From an uncultured Acidobacteriaceae bacterium (GTDB lineage Bacteria > Acidobacteriota > Terriglobia > Acidiferrales > UBA7541): a stretch of DNA of 64,000 bases. The notes below the pieces were generated by a model that was given only the letters and a program-made list of their open reading frames with translations, had not been told where the DNA came from and did no database searches. Positions 38,673 through 47,288 of this stretch are shown here, one piece after another. A program made the position numbers and the translations under genes. Every line of letters starts with the position of its first letter. Position 1 is the first letter of the stretch. The stretch covers positions 1,856 to 65,855 of the forward strand of contig CAZRKW010000001.1 in the NCBI GenBank assembly GCA_964600355.1, written 5' to 3'.

Positions 38673-39929
38673 CTATTCCGAACCCGATGCGGTAGCAGGC
38701 TGCACGATCTGAGGTGCAACCAGCTCGCCCGTTTTGAATTGCGACTGCTCTCCAAATACGACGAGTTCATTTTCCCCAAGTCCTGAAATAATTTCGGCGT
38801 CGGTAGCGCTTTGAAGCCCCAGGCGGACATCACGTCTTTCGATGCGTTTCTGTCCGTCCACGACGAGCACGGTGCCTCGCCCGTCCCCTACGCTCTGCAC
38901 TGCCTGAAGCGGCACGGTCACGACGTCTTGCACGGTGTGCAGGGGAACACGGACGGTGGCGTACATTCCGGGGACCAAGGTGTATTGGGGGTTGGGGACG
39001 TCGATTTCGGTATACATCGTGCGCGTCTGGGTATCGATCTGGTCCGAGAAGCGGGCAATCTTGCCCTCGAAGGTTTTGTCATTCGTGGAAACGTGGACGG
39101 CAACCGTTTCACCCAGATGGACATCTCCGACGGCTCGTTCAGGCAGGGGAATTACAAGCCGAAGAAGGTCATTCTGCGAGAGGCGGCAGAGGGCTTGATC
39201 GCCCTTGTTCGAGGAGGTTCCGGCTGGAAGAAGCGAGCCGGTATAAGAATCCATTTTGGTGACTACACCGTTGAAAGGGGCGGAGATTCGCGCATAGGCA
39301 TACATGGCCTTGTCCTTTTCGAGCGACGCTTTGGATCCGATCAAGGCCTGCTCGGCTCCGGCGACGGCATCTTTCGCGGAGGAAACGCCTGCGTTGGCTT
39401 CCAGGTCTTTCCCTTGAGCCTGGTCGATTTCCTCCTGCGCTACGAGTTCAGGACGGGTCTTCTGCACGTCCGCAAGGCGGGTATAGGTAAGGTGGGCAAC
39501 ATTGTAAGCGGATTGCGCGCGGGTTAATTCCTCGTTCGAGCGCGCGAGGTCTTGTTCACTGCGTCGGACGGCCGATTCATCAAGTTGAAGCTGCTGCTGT
39601 AGTTCCGGGATTTCCAGGACCGCGAGGAGCTGCCCTTGAGTTACGTGGGTTCCCCAGTCGATATAAAGCTTCTGGATATAGCCGGAGACCTTGGCGTAAA
39701 CATCGATTTCCTGGAACGGTTGGAATTCCGCGGCGATTTCAAGGGTATTGGAGATGCTGCGGCGAACGGCTTTGACAACCGCTACCCTCGGTGCGCTCGA
39801 TGGATCGTCGGCGCGAACCTTCTGTCCCGACCCGCAGCCGCAGAGTGCAAGCAGCAGAAGTGCGAGCGGCAAAGCATCCAGGCGCATCCGAGTTCTCGCA
39901 GTCTGTCCCATACATAACTTCTCTTTCAT
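38673..39929 (-). CDS. RND efflux periplasmic adaptor (HlyD/MFP family), lipoprotein
   Basis: Lipobox LALCGCGS, the pattern VSGYIQKLYIDWGTHVTQGQLLAVLE, a coiled-coil hairpin and a beta-barrel domain. The start is chosen at MKEKLC (the Met codons at 39911 or 39887 are alternatives). The 5-prime track extension to 40301 is Arg/Ser-rich and not protein-like. Confidence 0.85.
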   Translation of the reverse strand: MKEKLCMGQTARTRMRLDALPLALLLLALCGCGSGQKVRADDPSSAPRVAVVKAVRRSISNTLEIAAEFQPFQEIDVYAKVSGYIQKLYIDWGTHVTQGQLLAVLEIPELQQQLQLDESAVRRSEQDLARSNEELTRAQSAYNVAHLTYTRLADVQKTRPELVAQEEIDQAQGKDLEANAGVSSAKDAVAGAEQALIGSKASLEKDKAMYAYARISAPFNGVVTKMDSYTGSLLPAGTSSNKGDQALCRLSQNDLLRLVIPLPERAVGDVHLGETVAVHVSTNDKTFEGKIARFSDQIDTQTRTMYTEIDVPNPQYTLVPGMYATVRVPLHTVQDVVTVPLQAVQSVGDGRGTVLVVDGQKRIERRDVRLGLQSATDAEIISGLGENELVVFGEQSQFKTGELVAPQIVQPATASGSE

Positions 39930-40012
39930 AAAGTCACCTGGCGTTGGATTAAAAAACACTTCGAGACGAAGGCCCCTTACATGGAAATTCCCGATTGTGA
40001 AAAACGGTTGAG

Positions 40013-40378
40013 TTACGGGCGTGCGGCGGGGGGAGCGCGAAGCTGTTTCGAATCGATAAAACAGAGCTGAACGATGGGAGGCGGAGCGGCGGCCCGGTCC
40101 ACCCGAATCGCGCGCATGGGCGGTTGCGGTGTAAAGAGCAGAGCAGCAGGTTGCAGGTGATCTCCGGCAAAAAGCACCGGAGCGTGAGCCACATTCATCT
40201 TGGTGGAGATGGAAACGTAATGAGCGGCGCTCGTCTCGGGAAAGTACTGGCCAGTCTTGGCCATGGTGGCGAGGCCCGCGACGGCCAGGAGAAGGGAACA
40301 AATAATAAATCGCGCGAGAAGGCTCTTGGCGAGCGTTGTGAAGGAGTCGAATATCGCCGTTTTTGTTTCCAGCTTCAC
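40013..40378 (-). CDS. Hypothetical small membrane-anchored/secreted protein upstream of RND operon 2
   Basis: 121 aa with a GTG start and one hydrophobic segment (LLARFIICSLLLAVAGLATMA). Third-position GC is roughly 70 percent by my manual count, which is coding-like. I recognise no family. Confidence 0.3.
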   Translation of the reverse strand: MKLETKTAIFDSFTTLAKSLLARFIICSLLLAVAGLATMAKTGQYFPETSAAHYVSISTKMNVAHAPVLFAGDHLQPAALLFTPQPPMRAIRVDRAAAPPPIVQLCFIDSKQLRAPPAARP

Positions 40379-40440
40379 GTCAGATGCCCTTTTAAATCAT
40401 AGGACCAATTCCTTGGGGAAAGCAAGCCTGGCTGAAGGTG

Positions 40441-40473
40441 GGTAGTGGGTCAGTTTCAAACTGACCCACTACC
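40441..40473. repeat. 33-bp perfect palindrome (16-bp arms) flanked by 8-9 bp direct repeats; possible terminator of the Ser/Thr kinase gene
   Basis: GGTAGTGGGTCAGTTT-C-AAACTGACCCACTACC read directly. (C)TGAAGGTG occurs immediately before it (40432-40440) and after it (40473-40481). It lies 38 nt downstream of the kinase stop. No U-tract follows on either strand. Confidence 0.9.
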
Positions 40474-40510
40474 TGAAGGTGCGATGTGATCGGTGAGATT
40501 GCTGGAGTGC

Positions 40511-42310
40511 TCAGGGAGCGGGCCGGGAGACCGCCCGATGAGATGGATTCACGTGACCGGCAATTTCTTTGTTTGGCTTGGCCCCCTCGAATCCTATCGA
40601 TTTCAGCCGTTCGATGATGCCGCCGATCTTTGCGGCCGAATAGGGGCCGGAGAGAACCACAAAGGAGTCCTCATCGGTTATGGGATTGTGGCGGGGAATG
40701 ATGCTGACCGGCAAACCCATGTCTTCGACTTTCTTGGCGGCGTTCTGGGCTCCCACCTCGCGTGGAAAGCGGCTCACCCAAACATAACCGCCTCCGCCCT
40801 TTGCTGCCGGGCCGCCGAACGCCGCCGGAGCGTCCTGCGAAGTTGCCCTTGCGGTTTCGACCGGAGCTGTTTCAGCGGTAGCTGAAACGGTGGAAGCCGT
40901 GGGGATCACAATCGGAGGAACAGGCGAGGAAGCCGGCGCGGCTGGATGGGCAGGCGTGGACGAATCCGTGATGGCTTCCGCTGGACGCGGCGTGGCAGGC
41001 TTGGAAGGCTTGGGCGCCGCAGTCGTTTCGAGCTTTACCGACTCATCCGCCGTCACAGAACCAGAGTTCGGATTTGCCGCGGGCGAAGGCAAATCCTTGC
41101 TGGCAGGAGCGGTCACTTCAGCGGAGTCCCTGTTCACCCGAGCGTGCCAGATTATCCCAGCACCCACTGCGATGATACCCAACACGACGATAGCGGCGAC
41201 CCATCCAACGCGGCTCTTTCTGGGCGATGGCGGCACGTTTGAAACAAGCGGTGGCGTGGTAACCGTATTCCCAATCGTGGGGTTACTCGGAGTAGCCGGG
41301 AACACGGTGGTGTCTCGATCCGAGGCGGGTGTGAGCAGCTGGAAACGAAGGGTATTCTCGAGCTCCGCTATGGATTGAAAGCGGTTATCTGGAGCCTTTT
41401 CCAAGCATTTCAATATAGCTCCTTCGAGCGGAGCGGAAATCCCGGGCTCAATTTCTCGCGGCGGGCGGGGCGATTCCTGGATGTGCTTCATGGCCAGGGC
41501 AACGGCGTTTTCCGCGCGAAAAGGCTGAACGCCAGTGAACATTTCGTACAGCATCAAACCGAGGGCGTAAATGTCTGCACGGTGGTCGACGGACTTCCCT
41601 GCGGCCTGCTCGGGAGCCATATAGGCCGGCGTACCCACCATTGCGCCGGTGAGAAGCGTCATCGCCTCCATCGAACGCGCGATGCCAAAATCCATCAGCT
41701 TCACGTTGCCTTGCCTATCGATCATCACATTTTCAGGCTTCAAGTCGCGGTGGACGATTCCCTGTGCGTGGGCTTCTTTCAGGCCGGCGCACATTTGCAG
41801 GGCCAGATCGATGCCCTTCCGGGGCGTCAGGCTGGCGAAGCGCTTGAGGACGGAGCGAAGGCTTTCCCCGTCGACGAACTCCATGGAGATGTACGCAGTC
41901 CCGTCGACGCGGCTGAATTCATATACGCGGCAAACATTCTTGTGGGTGATTTTGCGAGCGAACAGCAACTCGCTCTTGAACCGCTCGAGCATGGCCGGAT
42001 CGGAGGCGATCTCGGGTTTGATCAGCTTCAGCGCAACGATTTCCCCGGTTTCGCGATCGCGCGCCTTGTAGACCTGGCCCATGGCGCCACGCCCGGCATC
42101 TTCGAGAATGTCGTAACGCTGGCCGAGCACGGCGAGGATCTGCGAGTTGAGGTTCGCGATATTGGTTGACGAAGCCACAGGGGGCGCCGCGGCAGGCGTG
42201 GAAGAATCTGGAAACCAGCGGGGTGCGGTCTTCGCCTGCGTAGCAGAGGAATCCGCGTCGCTGGGGGAACGATTCTCAGGCCCCGAATTGGGTGGCTGAT
42301 CCATGATCAT
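40511..42310 (-). CDS. Ser/Thr protein kinase with one TM segment and an extracytoplasmic SPOR-like C-terminal domain
   Basis: Hanks kinase motifs GRGAMGQVYKA, VALK, HRDLKPENVM, DFG and APE. TM segment VAAIVVLGIIAVGAGIIW, then a Pro/Ala/Ser linker. The C-terminal ~75 aa (YVWVSRFPREVGAQNAAKKVEDMGLPVSI....FVVLSGPYSAAKIGGIIERLKSIGF) has the beta-alpha-beta-beta pattern of SPOR repeats. Confidence 0.8.
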   Translation of the reverse strand: MIMDQPPNSGPENRSPSDADSSATQAKTAPRWFPDSSTPAAAPPVASSTNIANLNSQILAVLGQRYDILEDAGRGAMGQVYKARDRETGEIVALKLIKPEIASDPAMLERFKSELLFARKITHKNVCRVYEFSRVDGTAYISMEFVDGESLRSVLKRFASLTPRKGIDLALQMCAGLKEAHAQGIVHRDLKPENVMIDRQGNVKLMDFGIARSMEAMTLLTGAMVGTPAYMAPEQAAGKSVDHRADIYALGLMLYEMFTGVQPFRAENAVALAMKHIQESPRPPREIEPGISAPLEGAILKCLEKAPDNRFQSIAELENTLRFQLLTPASDRDTTVFPATPSNPTIGNTVTTPPLVSNVPPSPRKSRVGWVAAIVVLGIIAVGAGIIWHARVNRDSAEVTAPASKDLPSPAANPNSGSVTADESVKLETTAAPKPSKPATPRPAEAITDSSTPAHPAAPASSPVPPIVIPTASTVSATAETAPVETARATSQDAPAAFGGPAAKGGGGYVWVSRFPREVGAQNAAKKVEDMGLPVSIIPRHNPITDEDSFVVLSGPYSAAKIGGIIERLKSIGFEGAKPNKEIAGHVNPSHRAVSRPAP

Positions 42311-42563
42311 CCGGTTACCCAGAGGGACGACAGTCCCCTGAGGACAAGGATCATATCAGTTTCGGCGGGCAGTGGGGTAAGCAGGGGAGCCGACCGCGGG
42401 CGTGATGCTTTTGTACCGAGCTGTAATATACCTTTCGACACACTTCCCGGCACGTTTTCCATGCTCCAAATACGGCGGTGCTAGAGTCAAATCAGGTGGG
42501 GCGTTCGTCGTTTTTCACAGCAAGCTATACCTTCCGCGGGCGAAATCTGGGGGCGGGATTCGC

Positions 42564-44807
42564 ATGGGACCAATCCGGCTGCGAACGAAGTTTCTTCTCT
42601 CTCTTCTGGCTATTTCGGCCGGACTTACCACCGCCACGCTCCTGATCGTTCGCTACAGAGTACAGAAGCAGGTGCGGACAGGGATTCAGCAGGACCTGCG
42701 CAACTCGGTTGGCACCTACGAAAGCTTCGAAAAGCAGAGGCAGGAGACGCTCACCCGGTCCGCCGAACTTCTGGCCAATCTTCCGAACGTTCGCGCCCTG
42801 ATGACCACCGGCGACGAAGCGACGATTCAAGACGGATCCGCCGAAGTCTGGCGGCAAAGCGGAAGCGACCTGCTCGTGATGGCCGGCCGCTCCGGAGACG
42901 TGCTAGGACTCCAGACAAACGGCACCGGCCTCGAACATACGGTCGTTCAGAATCTTTTGCGCGATTCGCTCGGGAAGCAGGAGGCGAAGGACTGGTGGTT
43001 TGGCGGGGGCCGTCTGTACGAGGTTTGGATCCAGCCCATTTATCTCGGCGCTCCCTCTGCGAATAGCAGCCTCGGATTCCTCGTGGTGGGCCATGAGATC
43101 AACGAACGGGCCGCGCGGGACTTGAGCAATATCGCCGCTAGCGAAGTGACGTTCTATGCGGGAGAACAGATCGTTGCCAGTACCCTGAACGCCGATCAGC
43201 AATCCGAACTGGCCGGCAACATCCATCCTCAGCTGGCGGAGTCAGCGGAAACTCCGCGGGAAATACGGATCGGCGATGAACGATACCTTGCGACTACCGT
43301 CCGATTGTCTTCGGCCGGGGAGCCGACGGTCTCTCTGAGCGTTCTGAAATCGCTCGATAAGGCCACTCAGTTTTTGGCGCAGCTGAATCGCGTGTTGCTT
43401 GGCCTTGGATTGCTGAGCGTGATTGCGGGCAGCGCGCTCGTCTTTCTGATTTCGCACACGTTCACGCGCCCATTGGCTAGCTTGGTCGCGGGAGTGCGCG
43501 CCCTGGAACGGGGCGACTTCAGCTATCCGCTGGCTTACAGCGGCGGCGACGAAGTAGCGGAGGTGACCGGCACTTTTGACCGGATGAGGACCAGCCTGCA
43601 GAAGACCCAAGCCGAGCAGAAACAGCTGGAAGACAGACTTCGCCAGGCGCACAAAATGGAAGCGGTGGGAAGGCTGGCGGGCGGGGTCGCGCACGACTTC
43701 AACAACCTGCTCACGATCATCCGCGGGCATGGCGATCTGCTGCTCGACCGCATCGGCGGCGTGGATTCAAACCGCCACAGCGTGGAACAGATTCAGAAGG
43801 CCGCCGGACGCGCCGTTTCCATGACGCGCCAACTGCTGGCCTTCAGCCGCATGCAGGTGCTGCAGCCTCGTGTGCTCGATTTGAACACGATCGTCGCCGA
43901 GATGGGCAAGATGCTGCCGCGGCTGATCGGCGAGAACATCGAATACACGTTCCAGCCCGCGGCGAAACTATCGCCCGTGAAAGCCGATCCCGGGCAGATC
44001 GAACAGGTGATCCTGAATCTGGTGGTCAATTCACGCGACGCCATGCCCAACGGGGGAAAAATCTCTGTCTGCACAAAGAATGTCGAATTAAGCGCCGCGG
44101 AGGCTTTGAAACGCCCGCCCATGCCTCCCGGGCACTACGCGCTTCTTTCGGTCACCGACCGCGGTCACGGAATGGACGAGGAAACCAAGGCACATATCTT
44201 CGAGCCGTTCTTTACCACCAAGGAGGTGGGAAAAGGAACCGGCCTCGGTCTGGCGACGGTGTACGGCGTTGTGAAACAGAGTGGCGGCTTTATCTGGGTG
44301 GAAAGTACGATGGGGAAAGGCACGACTTTCGAGATCTACCTACCGAGCGTTGCGGAAAAAGTGACGCTGGGCGACGAGGAGTCCAAGCCATCCGCCATGC
44401 CGCGCGGCAGTGAAACGATTCTGGTGGTCGAGGACGAATCGGGAGTGCGCGAACTGACCAGGGAATTTCTCAAAATCAGCGGATATACCGTGCTCGAAGC
44501 CAAAGACGGGCTGGAAGCCCTGGAAATCGCATCCGGCCATACCGGCAGGATTCATCTGGTGCTGACCGACATGGTGATGCCGCGGATGAGCGGGTCGGAG
44601 ATGACGACACGCTTGAAGGCCCTGCGTCCGGACGTGAAGGTCCTTTTTATGACCGGCTACTCCGAATATGCGGGCGACGGGGCCAAGTCCGTGGCCGAGT
44701 TTCCCATTCTGCAAAAGCCATTTTCGATTGCGTCGCTGGTAGGCAAGGTTCGCGAAGCGCTGGCTGAGGTTGAGCAAACGAGCGAAGTGGATGTCCGCGT
44801 TGGCTAA
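42564..44807 (+). CDS. Hybrid sensor histidine kinase (periplasmic sensor, HAMP, HisKA, HATPase, REC)
   Basis: TM1 FLLSLLAISAGLTTATLLIV, a ~270-aa extracytoplasmic region, TM2 LLGLGLLSVIAGSALVFLI, HAMP (RPLASLVAGVRALERGDF), the H-box GGVAHDFNNLL, N/G boxes (NLVVNSRDAM, DRGHGMD, GTGLGLA), and a C-terminal REC (ILVVEDE...LVLTDMVMP...K). The start is set at MGPIRL. Confidence 0.85.
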   Translation: MGPIRLRTKFLLSLLAISAGLTTATLLIVRYRVQKQVRTGIQQDLRNSVGTYESFEKQRQETLTRSAELLANLPNVRALMTTGDEATIQDGSAEVWRQSGSDLLVMAGRSGDVLGLQTNGTGLEHTVVQNLLRDSLGKQEAKDWWFGGGRLYEVWIQPIYLGAPSANSSLGFLVVGHEINERAARDLSNIAASEVTFYAGEQIVASTLNADQQSELAGNIHPQLAESAETPREIRIGDERYLATTVRLSSAGEPTVSLSVLKSLDKATQFLAQLNRVLLGLGLLSVIAGSALVFLISHTFTRPLASLVAGVRALERGDFSYPLAYSGGDEVAEVTGTFDRMRTSLQKTQAEQKQLEDRLRQAHKMEAVGRLAGGVAHDFNNLLTIIRGHGDLLLDRIGGVDSNRHSVEQIQKAAGRAVSMTRQLLAFSRMQVLQPRVLDLNTIVAEMGKMLPRLIGENIEYTFQPAAKLSPVKADPGQIEQVILNLVVNSRDAMPNGGKISVCTKNVELSAAEALKRPPMPPGHYALLSVTDRGHGMDEETKAHIFEPFFTTKEVGKGTGLGLATVYGVVKQSGGFIWVESTMGKGTTFEIYLPSVAEKVTLGDEESKPSAMPRGSETILVVEDESGVRELTREFLKISGYTVLEAKDGLEALEIASGHTGRIHLVLTDMVMPRMSGSEMTTRLKALRPDVKVLFMTGYSEYAGDGAKSVAEFPILQKPFSIASLVGKVREALAEVEQTSEVDVRVG

Positions 44808-44880
44808 GGTCGCCGCGAACGCTCGTCTGTTCACCGGACCTGAAGTGGCAAGGCGCTCGGGTCGAGCGCGGGAGGCAATC

Positions 44881-46497
44881 ATGCAAGGGATAGGCTGCCG
44901 CACCTTTATTTCCAAAGCGTGCATGGCGGCATGCACATTTTTTATCTGTTCGGGAGTAGTGCTCGCGCAGAACGCCGCTCCACCGGCTTCGGATTCGAGC
45001 GCAACCGATCTGACGAACGTGGTTCGCTCCCTTTCCGAAACGGTCCGGCAGCTCCAGACCCAGGTGCAATCGCTCAATGCCGAGCTGAACGAGATGCGCG
45101 CGAGGGAGCAAGGGGGCGCTGCGCCCGACAAGCCATCGGCTGCTGCTTCGGAAGCAGTGGCCTCCAGCGGAATCACCGACCCCTACGCGACGCTGGCGTC
45201 GCGGGAAAAAACGCCCGGCTCGACACCAAGCTCCAGCGCCGCTTTCTCATCGTCCACTCAAAATGAAACCCTGGAGCAGCGAGTGTCGCAGCTTGAGGAC
45301 AATCAGGAACTCATCGATTCAAAGCTCACCGATCAGGATCAGACGAAGGTCGAAAGCGGTTCCAAATATCGTCTGCGCATCTCCGGTATCGTGCTTGTGA
45401 ACACGTTCGAGAATCGCGGCGTGGTGGATAACGCCGATTTCCCCGAGATCGCGCTCGAGGCGGGCCCTCTGGATTCCGCGGGCACCTTCGGTGGCACGCT
45501 GCGCCAATCGCAGATAGGGCTTGAGGCATTCGGTCCCGATGTGCTGGGGGCGCGCACGAGCGCGGATATCAAATTCGATTTTGCGGGGGGATTTCCGACT
45601 GCGCCGAACGGCGCGGTGCTCGGGCTGGTGCGGCTACGGACCGGAACCATCCGCATGGACTGGGCCAACACGTCCGTGATCGCGGGACAGGATTTCCTGT
45701 TTTTCTCGCCTCTTGCTCCCACATCGCTTGCGTCGTTTGCGGTACCCGCTCTTTCCTACGCGGGAAATCTCTGGGCATGGACTCCGCAGGTGCGCGTGGA
45801 ACATCGCATCCATTTCTCGGAAAACTCCAGCCTGCTGCTGCAAGCCGGGATCCTCGATTCGCTTTCGGGGGACTTGCCCTATTCCCAGTATGAGCGCTAC
45901 CCATCGTGGGGCGAGGAATCCGGTCAGCCCGCTTACGCAGGGCGCGTCGCCTGGAGCGAGCGGGTATTCGGCCAGGATATGACACTGGGAACGGGAGGAT
46001 ATTACGGGCGGCAGTACTGGGGATTCGGCCGCCACGTAAACGGCTGGGCCACCACGGCTGATCTGACTATGCCTCTCGGAAAATACTTTGGCTTTACGGG
46101 ACAGTTCTATCGAGGGAGCGCTCTCGGTGGCTTGGGAGGCGGCGTTGGCCAGGACGTTTTGCTTGCCGGCCCCTTGTTCAGCCCAGCGGTGATTCAAGGA
46201 CTGGACTCGATGGGAGGCTGGGTGCAGTTGAAGTTCAAGCCCGCGCCTAAGTTCGAGATCAACGGCGCGCTGGGAGACGACAACCCGTTCGCGTCAGAAC
46301 TTCGCCGGTTTCCCTCCAGCGATTCGTATTATGGGCTTTCGCTGTCGAAAAACGTAAGCCCGTTCGTAAACATCATATATCGAATGCGGTCGGACGTGAT
46401 GATGTCGGTGGAATACCGGCGGCTGAAAACCTACGTGGTCAATGACGATGCCTATACCGCGAATCACATCAACTTCAGCCTGGGATATCTCTTCTGA
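44881..46497 (+). CDS. Putative outer-membrane porin with an N-terminal coiled coil (DcaP-like architecture)
   Basis: Signal peptide ending VLA-QN and a heptad-like segment (VRSLSETVRQLQTQVQSLNAELNEMRA, LEQRVSQLEDNQELID). This is followed by ~380 aa of alternating aromatic/Gly beta-strand sequence ending INFSLGYLF with a terminal Phe. Confidence 0.6.
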   Translation: MQGIGCRTFISKACMAACTFFICSGVVLAQNAAPPASDSSATDLTNVVRSLSETVRQLQTQVQSLNAELNEMRAREQGGAAPDKPSAAASEAVASSGITDPYATLASREKTPGSTPSSSAAFSSSTQNETLEQRVSQLEDNQELIDSKLTDQDQTKVESGSKYRLRISGIVLVNTFENRGVVDNADFPEIALEAGPLDSAGTFGGTLRQSQIGLEAFGPDVLGARTSADIKFDFAGGFPTAPNGAVLGLVRLRTGTIRMDWANTSVIAGQDFLFFSPLAPTSLASFAVPALSYAGNLWAWTPQVRVEHRIHFSENSSLLLQAGILDSLSGDLPYSQYERYPSWGEESGQPAYAGRVAWSERVFGQDMTLGTGGYYGRQYWGFGRHVNGWATTADLTMPLGKYFGFTGQFYRGSALGGLGGGVGQDVLLAGPLFSPAVIQGLDSMGGWVQLKFKPAPKFEINGALGDDNPFASELRRFPSSDSYYGLSLSKNVSPFVNIIYRMRSDVMMSVEYRRLKTYVVNDDAYTANHINFSLGYLF

Positions 46498-47249
46498 TGA
46501 AAATCTTCGCAGATCGGAGCTTCCCGCGAATCGGCGCGTTGTTCGCCGGGCTATATATTTGCGGCGCAATCTCGTGCTGGGCGCAAGCTCCTCCGGTCAC
46601 CGCGCAATTTCAAATCGTCAAGCGTAGCGGCAACCAAAAAGTCAACTCGGGCTCCGCCTCCGGCGATGCGTCGAATGTGGTGCTATGGCTGTCGCCGCTT
46701 GACCGCCCTGCCGCCCTCCCGACAGCCGCGGCCGGCATTCCCCAACTGGTGCAGCGCAATAAGGCATTTGAGCCGCATGTGCTGGTGGTTCAGGCCGGCA
46801 CCACGGTTCAGTTTCCGAATAAAGACCCCTTCTTTCACAACGTGTTTTCGCTGTTCAACGGAAAGCGATTCGATCTGGGGCTATACGAGGCGGGATCCAG
46901 CCGCTCGATCCGTTTCGATCGTGCGGGCGTGAGCTTCCTGTTCTGCAACATCCACGAGGAAATGAGCGCCATCATCGTGGCCGTCGACAGCCCCTACTTC
47001 GCATTGTCGGACCGGGCAGGAAACGCGACAATTTCTAAGGTGCCGGATGGACGGTATGAAATGCACGTGTGGTACGAGCGAAGTCTAGGGGATGATCTGA
47101 AGGACCTGGACCGCCCCGTGACAATTTCCGATTCTGGGCGAAGGCTGGGGACAATCCAAGTGCCCAACAACCCGGATTTCACGCTGGCGCACAAGAACAA
47201 GTACGGCGAGGACTACGTTCCTCCCCCGGCCATGGGGTATTCCAAATAG
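46497..47249 (+). CDS. Secreted cupredoxin-like protein plus a carboxypeptidase-regulatory-like (Ig-fold) domain
   Basis: Signal peptide ...CWA-QA. The segment GTTVQFPNKDPFFHNVFS....FLFCNIHEEM supplies a His, Cys-x2-His-x2-Met arrangement reminiscent of type-1 copper ligands. The C-terminal NATISKVPDGRYEMHVWYE resembles the CarboxypepD_reg fold. The start ATG overlaps the porin stop (TGATG). Confidence 0.55.
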   Translation: MKIFADRSFPRIGALFAGLYICGAISCWAQAPPVTAQFQIVKRSGNQKVNSGSASGDASNVVLWLSPLDRPAALPTAAAGIPQLVQRNKAFEPHVLVVQAGTTVQFPNKDPFFHNVFSLFNGKRFDLGLYEAGSSRSIRFDRAGVSFLFCNIHEEMSAIIVAVDSPYFALSDRAGNATISKVPDGRYEMHVWYERSLGDDLKDLDRPVTISDSGRRLGTIQVPNNPDFTLAHKNKYGEDYVPPPAMGYSK

Positions 47250-47288
47250 ATTCTCTGTAAGAACCTTAGCCGCAGAGACCGCGGGAAC

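Noticed and set aside
34213-40301. N-terminal extensions of track ORFs for TolC (to 35742), the adaptor (to 40301), the acyl-CoA dehydrogenase (from 28015), the hybrid kinase (from 42402), the porin (from 44770), cheA (to 34188) and the lipoprotein (from 52767)
   Set aside because: In each case an internal Met immediately precedes a signal peptide, lipobox or conserved N-terminal motif. The upstream extension either overlaps the preceding gene or is compositionally non-protein-like. Starts were moved accordingly.
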